Positions 53,301 through 64,000 of a DNA stretch of 64,000 nucleotides are shown in pieces. The notes below the pieces were generated by a model that saw only the letters and a list, made by a program, of their open reading frames with translations, was not told the DNA's origin and ran no database searches. The number at the start of each line of letters is the position of its first letter. Position 1 is the stretch's first letter. The position numbers were made by a program, and so were the translations under genes. Source of the stretch: the human T2T-CHM13v2.0 reference genome, Homo sapiens; assembly GCF_009914755.1 (NCBI RefSeq), contig NC_060935.1, one strand, 5' to 3'.

Positions 53301-56300
53301 ATAAAAACTAGATGGAAGCATTCTCAGAAACTACTTTGTGATGATTGCATTCGACTCACAGAGTTGAACATTCCTATAGATAGAGCAGGTTGTAAACAAT
53401 CTTTTTCTAGAATCTGCGATTGGAGATTTGGACAGCTTTGAGGCCTACTGTAGTAAAGGAAATAACTTCATCTAAAAACCAAACGGAAGCATTCACAGAC
53501 AATTCTTAGTGATCATTGGATTGAACTAACAGAGCTGAACATTCCTTTAGATGGAGCAGTTTCCAAACCCACTTTCTGTAGAATCTGCAAGTGGATATTT
53601 GGACTTCTCTGAGGATTTCGTTGGAAACGGGATAAACTTCCCAGAACTACAGGGAAGCATTGTGAGAAACTTCTTTGTGATGTTTGCATTCAACTCACAG
53701 AGTTGAACCTTGCTTTCATAGTTCAGCTTTCAAACACTCTTTTTGTAGAATCTGCAAGTGGATATTTGGACCACTTTGTGGCCTTCCTTCGAAACGGGTA
53801 TATCTTCACATCAAACCTAGACAGAAGCATTCTCAGAATGTTTCCTGTGAAGACTGCATTCAACTCACAGAGATGAACAATCCTGTTGATGGAGCACTTT
53901 GGAAACTCTCTTTCTTGGGATTCTGCAAGTTGATATGTGGACCTCTGTGAAGATTTCGTTGGAAACGGGTTCATCTTCACAGAAAAACTAAACAGAAGCA
54001 TTCTCAAAAACTACTTTGTGATGTTTGTGTTCCACTTCAAGAATTGAACTTTCCTCTTGACAGAGCAGCTCTGAAAACCTCTTTTTCTAGAATCTGCAAG
54101 TGGACATTTGGAGGGCTTTGAGGCCTGTGGTGGAAAAGGAAAATCTTCACATAAAAACTAGATGGAAGCATTCTCAGAAACTACTTTGTGATGATTGCAT
54201 TCGACTCACAGAGTTGAACATTCCTATAGATAGAGCAGGTTGTAAACAATCTTTTTGTAGAAAATGCGATTGGAGATTTGGACTGCTTTGAGGCCTACTG
54301 TAGTAAAGGAAATAACTTCATCTAAAAACCAAACGGAAGCATTCACACACAATTCTTAGTGATCATTGGATTGAACTAACAGAGCTGAACATTCCTTTAG
54401 ATGGAGCAGTTTCCAAACCCACTTTCTGTAGAATCTGCAAGTGGATATTTGGACTTCTCTGAGGATTTCGTTGGAAACGGGATAAACTTCCCAGAACTAC
54501 ACGGAAGCATTGTGAGAAACTTCTTTGTGATGTTTGCATTCAACTCACAGAGTTGAACCTTGCTTTCATAGTTCAGCTTTCAAACACTCTTTTTGTAGAA
54601 TCTGCAAGTGGATATTTGGACCACTTTGTGGCCTTCCTTCGAAACGGGTATATCTTCACATCAAACCTAGACAGAAGCATTCTCAGAATGTTTCCTGTGA
54701 TGACTGCATTCAACTCACAGAGGTGAACAATCCTGCTGATGGAGCAGTTTTGAAACTCTCTTTCTTTGGATTCTACAAGTGGATATGTGGACCTCTGTGA
54801 AGATTTCGTTGGAAACGGGTTCATCTTCACAGAAAAACTAAACAGAAGCATTCTCAGAAACTGCTTTGTGATGTTTGTGTTCCACTTCAGGAATTGAACT
54901 TTCCTCTTGACAGAGCAGCTCTGAAACCCTCTTATTCTAGAATCTGCAAGTGGACATTTGGAGGGCTTTGAGGCCTGTGGTGGAAAAGGAAAATCTTCAC
55001 ATAAAAACTAGATGGAAGCATTCTCAGAAACTACTTTGTGATGATGGCTTTCGACTCACAGAGTTGAACATTCCTATAGATAGAGCAGGTTGTAAACAAT
55101 CTTTTTGTAGAATCTGCGATTGGAGATTTGGACTGCTTTGAGGCCTACTGTACTAAAGGAAATAACTTCATCTAAAAACCAAACGGAAGCATTCACAGAC
55201 AATACTTAGTGATCATTGGATTGAACTAACAGAGCTGAACATTCCTTTAGATGGAGCAGTTTCCAAACACACTTTCTGTAGAATCTGCAAGTGGATATTT
55301 GGACTTCTCTGAGGATTTCGTTGGAAACGGGATAAAATTCCCAGAACTACACGGAAGCATTCTGAGAAACTTCTTTGTAATGTTTGCATTCAACTCACAG
55401 AGTTGAACCTTGCTTTCATAGTTCAGCTTTCAAACACTCTTTTTGTACAATCTGCAAGTCGATATTTGGACCACTTTGTGGCCTTCCTTCGAAACGGGTA
55501 TATCTTCATATCAAACCTAGACAGAAGCATTCTCAGAATGTTTCCTGTGATGACTGCATTCAACTCACAGAGGTGAACAATCCTGCTGATGGAGCAGTTT
55601 TGAAACTCTCTTTCTTTGGATTCTGCAAGTGGATATGTGGACCTCTGTGAAGATTTCGTTGGAAACGGGTTCATCTTCACAGAAAAACTAAACAGGAGCA
55701 TTCTCAGAAAGTGCTTTGTGATGTTTGTGTTCCACTTCAGGAATTGAACTTTCCTCTTGACAGAGCAGCTCTGAAACCCTCTTTTTCTAGAATCTGCAAG
55801 TGGACATTTGGAGGGCTTTGAGGCCTGTGGTGGAAAAGGAAAATCTTCACATAAAAACTAGATGGAAGCATTCTCAGAAACTACTTTGTGATGATTGCAT
55901 TCGACTCACAGAGTTGAACATTCCTATAGATAGAGCAGGTTGTAAACAATCTTTTTGTAGAATCTCCGATTGGAGATTTGGACTGCTTTGAGGCCTACTG
56001 TAGTAGAGGAAATAACTTCATCTAAAAACCAAACGGAAACATTCACAGACAATTCTTAGTGATCATTGCATTGAACTAACAGAGCTGAACATTCCTTTAG
56101 ATGGAGCAGTTTCCAAACACACTTTCTGTAGAATCTGCAAGTGGATATTTGGACTTCTCTGAGGATTTCGTTGGAAACGGGATAAACTTCCCAGAACTAC
56201 ACGGAAGCATTCTGAGAAACTTCTTTGTGATGTTTGCATTCAACTCACAGAGTTGAACCTTGCTTTCATAGTTCAGCTTTCAAACACTCTTTTTGTAGAA

Positions 56301-56590
56301 TCTGCAAGTGGATATTTGGACCACTTTGTGGCCTTCCTTCGAAACGGGTATATCTTCACATCAAACCTAGACAGAAGCATTCTCAGAATGTTTCCTGTGA
56401 TGACTGCATTCAACTCACAGAGGTGAACAATCCTGTTGATGGAGCAGTTTTGAAACTCTCTTTCTTTGGATTCTGCAAGTTGATATGTGGACCTCTGTGA
56501 AGATTTCGTTGGAAACGGGTTCATCTTCACAGAAAAACTAAACAGAATCATTCTCAGAAACTGCTTTGTGATGTTTGTGTTCCACTTCAA
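35343..56590 (+). repeat. 21,248-bp (25-HOR) tandem segmental duplication, copy 2
   Basis: Same order of private variants as 14095-35342, with only about ten differences noticed by eye. Identity with copy 1 breaks at 56634 (T vs A35386) and onward. Confidence 0.92.
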
Positions 56591-59500
56591 GAATTGAACT
56601 TTCCTCTTGACAGAGCAGCTCTGAAACCCTCTTTTTCTAGAATCTGCAAGTGGACATTTGGAGGGCTTTGAGGTCTGTGGTGGAAAAGGAAAATCTTCAC
56701 ATAAAAACTAGATGGAAGCATTCTCAGAAACTACTTTGTGATGATTGCATTCGACTCACAGAGTTGAACATTCCTATAGATAGAGCAGGTTGTAAACAAT
56801 CTTTTTGTAGAATCTGCGATTGGAGATTTGGACTGCTTTGAGGCCTACTGTAGTAAAGGAAATAACTTCATCTAAAAACCAAACGGAAGCATTCACAGAC
56901 AATTCTTAGTGATCATTGCATTGAACTAACAGAGCTGAACATTCCTTTAGATGGAGCAGTTTCCAAACACACTTTCTGTAGAATCTGCAAGTGGATATTT
57001 GGACTTCTCTGAGGATTTCGTTGGAAACGGGATAAACTTCCCAGAACTACACGGAAGCATTGTGAGAAACTTCTTTGTGATGTTTGCATTCAACTCACAG
57101 AGTTGAACCTTGCTTTCATAGTTCAGCTTTCAAACACTCTTTTTGTAGAATCTGCAAGTGCATATTTGGACCACTTTGTGGCCTTCCTTCGAAACGGGTA
57201 TATCTTCACATCAAACCTAGACAGAAGCATTCTCAGAATGTTTCCTGTGAAGACTGCATTCAACTCACAGAGATGAACAATCCTGTTGATGGAGCACTTT
57301 GGAAACTCTCTTTCTTGGGATTCTGCAAGTTGATATGTGGACCTCTGTGAAGATTTCTTTGGAAACGTGTTCATCTTCACAGAAAAACTAAACAGAAGCA
57401 TTCTCAAAAACTACTTTGTGATGTTTGTGTTCCACTTCAAGAATTGAACTTTCCTCTTGACAGAGCAGCTCTGAAAACCTCTTTTTCTAGAATCTGCAAG
57501 TGGACATTTGGAGGGCTTTGAGGTGGTGGAAAAGGAAAATCTTCACATAAAAACTAGATGGAAGCATTCTCAGAAACTACTTTGTGATGATTGCATTCGA
57601 CTCACAGAGTTGAACATTCCTATAGATAGAGCAGGTTGTAAACAATCTTTTTGTAGAATCTGCGATTGGAGATTTGGACTGCTTTGAGGCCTACTGTAGT
57701 AGAGGAAATAACTTCATCTAAAAACCAAACGGAAGCATTCACAGACAATTCTTAGTGATCATTGCATTGAACTAACAGAGCTGAACATTCCTTTAGATGG
57801 CGCAGTTTCCAAACACACTTTCTGTAGAATCTGCAAGTGGATATTTGGACCTCTCTGAGGATTTCGTTAGAAACGGGATAAACTTCCCAGAACTACACGG
57901 AAGCATGCTGAGAAACTTCTTTGTGATGTTTGCATTCAACTCACAGAGTTGAACCTTGCTTTCATAGTTCAGCTTTCAAACACTCTTTTTGTAGAATCTG
58001 CAAGTGGATATTTGGACCACTTTGTGGCCTTCCTTCGAAACGGGTATATCTTCACATCAAACCTAGACAGAAGCATTCTCAGAATGTTTCCTGTGATGAC
58101 TGCATTCAACTCACAGAGGTGAACAATCCTGCTGATGGAGCAATTTTGAAACTCTCTTTCTTTGGATTCTGCAAGTTGATATGTGGACCTCTGTGAAGAT
58201 TTCGTTGGAAACGGGTTCATCTTCACAGAAAAACTAAACAGAAGCATTCTCAGAAACTGCTTTGTGATGTTTGTGTTCCACTTCAGGAATTGAACTTTCC
58301 TCTTGACAGAGCAGCTCTGAAACCCTCTTATTCTAGAATCTGCAAGTGGACATTTGGAGGGCTTTGAGGCCTGTGGTGGAAAAGGAAAATCTTCACATAA
58401 AAACTAGATGGAAGCATTCTCAGAAACTACTTTGTGATGATTGCATTCGACTCACAGAGTTGAACATTCCTATAGATAGAGCAGGTTGTAAACAATCTTT
58501 TTGTAGAATCTGCGATTGGAGATTTGGACTGCTTTGAGTCCTACTGTAGTAAAGGAAATAACTTCATCTAAAAACCAAACGGAAGCATTCACAGACAATT
58601 CTTAGTGATCATTGCATTGAACTAACAGAGCTGAACATTCCTTTAGATGGAGCAGTTTCCAAACACACTTTCTGTAGAACCTGCAAGTGGATATTTGGAC
58701 CTCTCTGAGGATTTCGTTGGAAACGGGATAAACTTCCCAGAACTACACGGAAGCATGCTGAGAAACTTCTTTGTGATGTTTGCATTCAACTCACAGAGTT
58801 GAACCTTGCTTTCATAGTTCAGCTTTCAAACACTCTTTTTGTAGAATCTGCAAGTGGATATTTGGACCACTTTGTGGCCTTCCTTCGAAACGGCTATATC
58901 TTCACATCAAACCTAGACAGAAGCATTCTCAGAATGTTTCCTGTGATGACTGCATTCAACTCACAGAGGTGAACAATCCTGCTGATGGAGCAGTTTTGAA
59001 ACTCTCTTTCTTTGGATTCTGCAAGTGGATATGTGGACCTCTGTGAAGATTTCGTTGGAAACGGGTTCATCTTCACAGAAAAACTAAACAGAAACATTCT
59101 CACAAACTGCTTTGTGATGTTTGTGTTCCACTTCAGGAATTGAACTTTCCTCTTGACAGAGCAGCTCTGAAACCCTCTTATTCTAGAATCTGCAAGTGGA
59201 CATTTGGAGGGCTTTGAGGCCTGTAGTGGAAAAGGAAAATCTTCACATAAAAACTAGATGGAAGCATTCTCAGAAACTACTTTGTGATGATTGCATTCGA
59301 CTCACAGATTTGAACATTCCTATAGATAGAGCAGGTTGTAAACAATCTTTTTGTAGAATCTGCGATTGGAGATTTGGACTGCTTTGAGGCCTACTGTAGT
59401 AAAGGAAATAACTTCATCTAAAAACCAAACGGAAGCATTCACAGACAATTCTTAGTGATCATTGGATTGAACTAACAGAGCTGAACATTCCTTTAGATGG

Positions 59501-62500
59501 CGCAGTTTCCAAACACACTTTCTGTAGAATCTGCAAGTGGATATTTGGACTTCTCTGAGGATTTCGTTGGAAACGGGATAAACTTCCCAGAACTACACGG
59601 AAGCATTGTGAGAAACTTCTTTGTGATGTTTGCATTCAACTCACAGAGTTGAAACTTGCTTTCATAGTTCAGCTTTCAAACACTCTTTTTGTAGAATCTG
59701 CAAGTGGATATTTGGACCACTTTTTGGGCTTCCTTCGAAACGGGTATATCTTCACATCAAACCTAGACAGAAACATTCTCAGAATGTTTCCTGTGATGAC
59801 TGCATTCAACTCACAGAGGTGAACAATCCTGCTGATGGAGCAGTTTTGAAACTCTCTTTCTTTGGATTCTGCAAGTGGATATGTGGACCTCTGTGAAGAT
59901 TTAGTTGGAAACGTGTTCATCTTCACAGAAAAACTAAACAGGAGCATTCTCAGAAACTGCTTTGTGATGTTTGTGTTCCACTTCAAGAATTGAACTTTCC
60001 TCTTGACAGAGCAGCTCTGAAACCCTATTTTTCTAGAATATGCAAGTGGACATTTGGAGGGCTTTGAGGCCTGTGGTGGAAAAGGAAAATCTTCACATAA
60101 AAACTAGATGGAAGCATTCTCAGAAACTACTTTGTGATGATTGCATTCGACGCACAGAGTTGAACATTCCTATAGATAGAGCAGGTTGTAAACAATCTTT
60201 TTGTAGAATCTGCGATTGGAGATTTGGACTGCTTTGAGGCCTACTGTAGTAAAGGAAATAACTTCATCTAAAAACCAAACGGAAGCATTCACAGACAATT
60301 CTTAGTGATCATTGCATTGAACTAACAGAGCTGAACATTCCTTTAGATGGAGCAGTTTCCAAACCCACTTTCTGTAGAATCTGCAAGTGGATATTTGGAC
60401 TTCTCTGAGGATTTCGTTGGAAACGGGATAAAATTCCCAGAACTACACGGAAGCATTCTGAGAAACTTCTTTGTAATGTTTGCATTCAACTCACAGAGTT
60501 GAACCTTGCTTTCATAGTTCAGCTTTCAAACACTCTTTTTGTACAATCTGCAAGTGGATATTTGGACCACTTTGTGGCCTTCCTTCGAAACGGGTATATC
60601 TTCATATCAAACCTAGACAGAAGCATTCTCAGAATGTTTCCTGTGATGACTGCATTCAACTCACAGAGGTGAACAATCCTGCTGATGGAGCAGTTTTGAA
60701 ACTCTCTTTCTTTGGATTCTGCAAGTGGATATGTGGACCTCTGTGAAGATTTCGTTGGAAACGGGTTCATCTTCACAGAAAAACTAAACAGGAGCATTCT
60801 CAGAAAGTGCTTTGTGATGTTTGTGTTCCACTTCAGGAATTGAACTTTCCTCTTGACAGAGCAGCTCTGAAACCCTCTTTTTCTAGAATCTGCAAGTGGA
60901 CATTTGGAGGGCTTTGAGGCCTGTGGTGGAAAAGGAAAATCTTCACATAAAAACTAGATGGAAGCATTCTCAGAAACTACTTTGTGATGATTGCATTCGA
61001 CTCACAGAGTTGAACATTCCTATAGATAGAGCAGGTTGTAAACAATCTTTTTGTAGAATCTGCGATTGGAGATTTGGACTGCTTTGAGGCCTACTGTAGT
61101 AGAGGAAATAACTTCATCTAAAAACCAAACGGAAGCATTCACAGACAATTCTTAGTGATCATTGCATTGAACTAACAGAGCTGAACATTCCTTTAGATGG
61201 AGCAGTTTCCAAACACACTTTCTGTAGAATCTGCAAGTGGATATTTGGACTTCTCAGAGGATTTCGTTAGAAACGGGATAAACTTCCCAGAACTACACGG
61301 AAGCATTGTGAGAAACTTCTTTGTGATGTTTGCATTCAACTCACAGAGTTGAAACTTGCTTTCATAGTTCAGCTTTCAAACACTCTTTTTGTAGAATCTG
61401 CAAGTGGATATTTGGACCACTTTGTGGCCTTCCTTCGAAACGGGTATATCTTCACATCAAACCTAGACATAAGCATTCTCAGAATGTTTCCTGTGAAGAC
61501 TGCATTCAACTCACAGAGATGAACAATCCGGTTGATGGAGCACTTTGGAAACTCTCTTTCTTTGGATTCTGCAAGTTGATATGTGGACCTCTGTGAAGAT
61601 TTCGTTGGAAACGGGTTCATCTTCACAGAAAAACTAAACAGAAGCATTCTCAAAAACTACTTTGTGATGTTTGTGTTCCACTTCAAGAATTGAACTTTCC
61701 TCTTGACAGAGCAGTTCTGAAAACCTCTTTTTCTAGAATCTGCAAGTGGACATTTGGAGGGCTTTGAGGCCTGTGGTGGAAAAGGAAAATCTTCACATAA
61801 AAACTAGATGGAAGCATTCTCAGAAACTACTTTGTGATGATTGCATTCGACTCACAGAGTTGAACATTCCTATAGATAGAGCAGGTTGTAAACAATCTTT
61901 TTGTAGAATCTGCGATTGGAGATTCGGACTGCTTTGAGGCCTACTGTAGTAAAGGAAATAACTTCATCTAAAAACCAAACGGAAGCATTCACAGACAATT
62001 CTTAGTGATCATTGCATTGAACTAACAGAGCTGAACATTCCTTTAGATGGCGCAGTTTCCAAACACACTTTCTGTAGAATCTGCAAGTGGATATTTGGAC
62101 CTCTCTGAGGATTTCGTTGGAAATGGGATAAACTTCCCAGAACTACACGGAAGCATGCTGAGAAACTTCTTTGTGATGTTTGCATTCAACTCACAGAGTT
62201 GAACCTTGCTTTCATAGTTCAGCTTTCAAACACTCTTTTTGTAGAATCTGCAAGTGGATATTTGGACCACTTTGTGGCCTTCCTTCGAAACGGGTATATC
62301 TTCACATCAAACCTAGACAGAAGCATTCTCAGAATGTTTCCTGTGATGACTGCATTCAACTCACAGAGGTGAACAATCCTGCTGATGGAGCAATTTTGAA
62401 ACTCTCTTTCTTTGGATTCTGCAAGTGGATATGTGGACCTCTGTGAAGATTTCGTTGGAAACGGGTTCATCTTCACAGAAAAACTAAACAGAAGCATTCT

Positions 62501-64000
62501 CAGAAACTGCTTTGTGATGTTTGTGTTCCACTTCAGGAATTGAACTTTCCTCTTGACAGAGCAGCTCTGAAACCCTCTTATTCTAGAATCTGCAAGTGGA
62601 CATTTGGAGGGGTTTGAGGCCTGTGGTGGAAAAGGAAAATCTTCACATAAAAACTAGATGGAAGCATTCTCAGAAACTACTTTGTGATGATTGCATTCGA
62701 CTCACAGAGTTGAACATTCCTATAGATAGAGCAGGTTGTAAACAATCTTTTTGTAGAATCTGCGATTGGAGATTTGGACTGCTTTGAGGCCTACTGTAGT
62801 AAAGGAAATAACTTCATCTAAAAACCAAACGGAAGCATTCACAGACAATTCTTAGTGATCATTGCATTGAACTAACAGAGCTGAACATTCCTTTAGATGG
62901 AGCAGTTTCCAAACACACTTTCTGTAGAACCTGCAAGTGGATATTTGGACCTCTCTGAGGATTTCGTTGGAAACGGGATAAACTTCCCAGAGCTACACGG
63001 AAGCATTGTGAGAAACTTCTTTGTGATGTTTGCATTCAACTCACAGAGTTGAACCTTGCTTTCATAGTTCAGCTTTCAAACACTCTTTTTGTAGAATCTG
63101 CAAGTGGATATTTGGACCACTTTGTGGCCTTCCTTCGAAACGGGTATATCTTCACATCAAACCTAGACAGAAGCATTCTCAGAATGTTTCCTGTGATGAC
63201 TGCATTCAACTCACAGAGGTGAACAATTCTGCTGATGGAGCAGTTTTGAAACTCTCTTTCTTTGGATTCTGCAAGTGGATATGTGGACCTCTATGAAGAT
63301 TTCGTTGGAAACGGGTTCATCTTCACAGAAAAACTAAACAGAAACATTCTCACAAACTGCTTTGTGATGTTTGTGTTCCACTTCAGGAATTGAACTTTCC
63401 TCTTGACAGAGCAGCTCTGAAACCCTCTTTTTCTAGAATCTGCAAGTGGACATTTGGAGGGCTTTGAGGCCTGTGGTGGAAAAGGAAAATCTTCACATAA
63501 AAACTAGATGGAAGCATTCTCAGAAACTACTTTGTGATGATTGCATTCGACTCACAGAGTTGAACATTCCTATAGATAGAGCAGGTTGTAAACAATCTTT
63601 TTGTAGAATCTGCGATTGGAGATTTGGACTGCTTTGAGGCCTACTGTAGTAAAGGAAATAACTTCATCTAAAAACCAAACGGAAGCATTCACAGACAATT
63701 CTTAGTGATCATTGGATTGAACTAACAGAGTTGAACATTCCTTTAGATGGCGCAGTCTCCAAACACACTTTCTGTAGAATCTGCAAGTGGATATTTGGAC
63801 TTCTCTGAGGATTTCGTTGGAAACGGGATAAACTTCCCAGAACTACACGGAAGCATTGTGAGAAACTTCTTTGTGATGTTTGCATTCAACTCACAGAGTT
63901 GAACCTTGCTTTCATAGTTCAGCTTTCAAACCCTCTTTTTGTAGAATCTGCAAGTGGATATTTGAGCCACTTTGTGGCCTTCCTTCGAAACGGGTATATC

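Larger units (their letters stand above)
1..64000 (+). repeat. D11Z1: Centromeric alpha-satellite higher-order repeat array, 850-bp 5-mer HOR (~75 copies), SF3 type, most likely human chr11 D11Z1
   Basis: Seen: the sequence at position 1 (cctttagatgg...) recurs at 851 and every ~850 bp to the end, and ~171-bp monomers carry the alphoid hallmarks cattctcagaaact, tgcattcaactcacagagttgaac and tgtagaatctgcaagtggatatttgga plus CENP-B boxes. An XbaI site (TCTAGA, e.g. 543-548) is present in most units. Established knowledge: an 850-bp pentameric SF3 HOR cut by XbaI is characteristic of D11Z1. Alpha-satellite identity is essentially certain; the chromosome assignment is by recognition only. Confidence 0.93.

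Noticed and set aside
141-63637. Many repeated 60-105 aa ORFs (MHSTHRVEPC..., MDIWRALRPV..., MLLFSFSVKM...)
   Set aside because: They are chance open frames of alpha satellite recurring with the 850-bp period. Most begin at TTG, GTG or similar non-ATG codons, they overlap on both strands, they are freely broken by frameshifts and stops, and I recognise no protein domain. I used them only as haplotype tags.
1-64000. CRISPR-like or other repeat-spacer system
   Set aside because: There are no unique spacers; the entire period is repeated and no cas-like ORFs are present.
1-64000. Transposon insertion (L1/Alu), inversion or monomer-number HOR variants
   Set aside because: The 850-bp phase is kept throughout apart from five 1-bp deletion sites in the first 27 kb, the two duplicated ones near 47 kb and one 4-bp deletion. 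No foreign sequence, poly-A tail or strand switch was seen.
1-64000. Calling this the kinetochore / CENP-A (hypomethylated) domain or a centromeric ncRNA locus
   Set aside because: These are epigenetic or transcriptional properties that cannot be read from sequence alone.

Overview
The whole 64 kb window is primate centromeric alpha-satellite DNA. It contains about 75 uninterrupted head-to-tail copies of an 850-bp, 5-monomer (168-171 bp) higher-order repeat (HOR), all in one orientation. The pentameric SF3-type monomers, the 850-bp period and the usually single XbaI site per unit fit the human chromosome 11 active array D11Z1; this assignment is from recognition, not a database search. I found no genes, transposon insertions, inversions or monomer-number variants, and the listed ORFs are by-products of the repeat. 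Each HOR has two canonical CENP-B boxes, one fixed degenerate box and two box-less monomers. SNP and indel haplotypes reveal nested structure above the HOR: (1) a near-identical 21,248-bp (25-HOR) tandem duplication with its junction mapped to 35343-35385; (2) a 4-HOR (~3.4 kb) super-repeat in four copies with a younger internal duplication; (3) an older alternating 12/13-HOR periodicity; (4) apparent short gene-conversion tracts; and (5) a duplicated local cluster of destroyed CENP-B boxes. I see no evidence of a novel protein-coding system. All comparisons were made by eye, so difference counts are minima.
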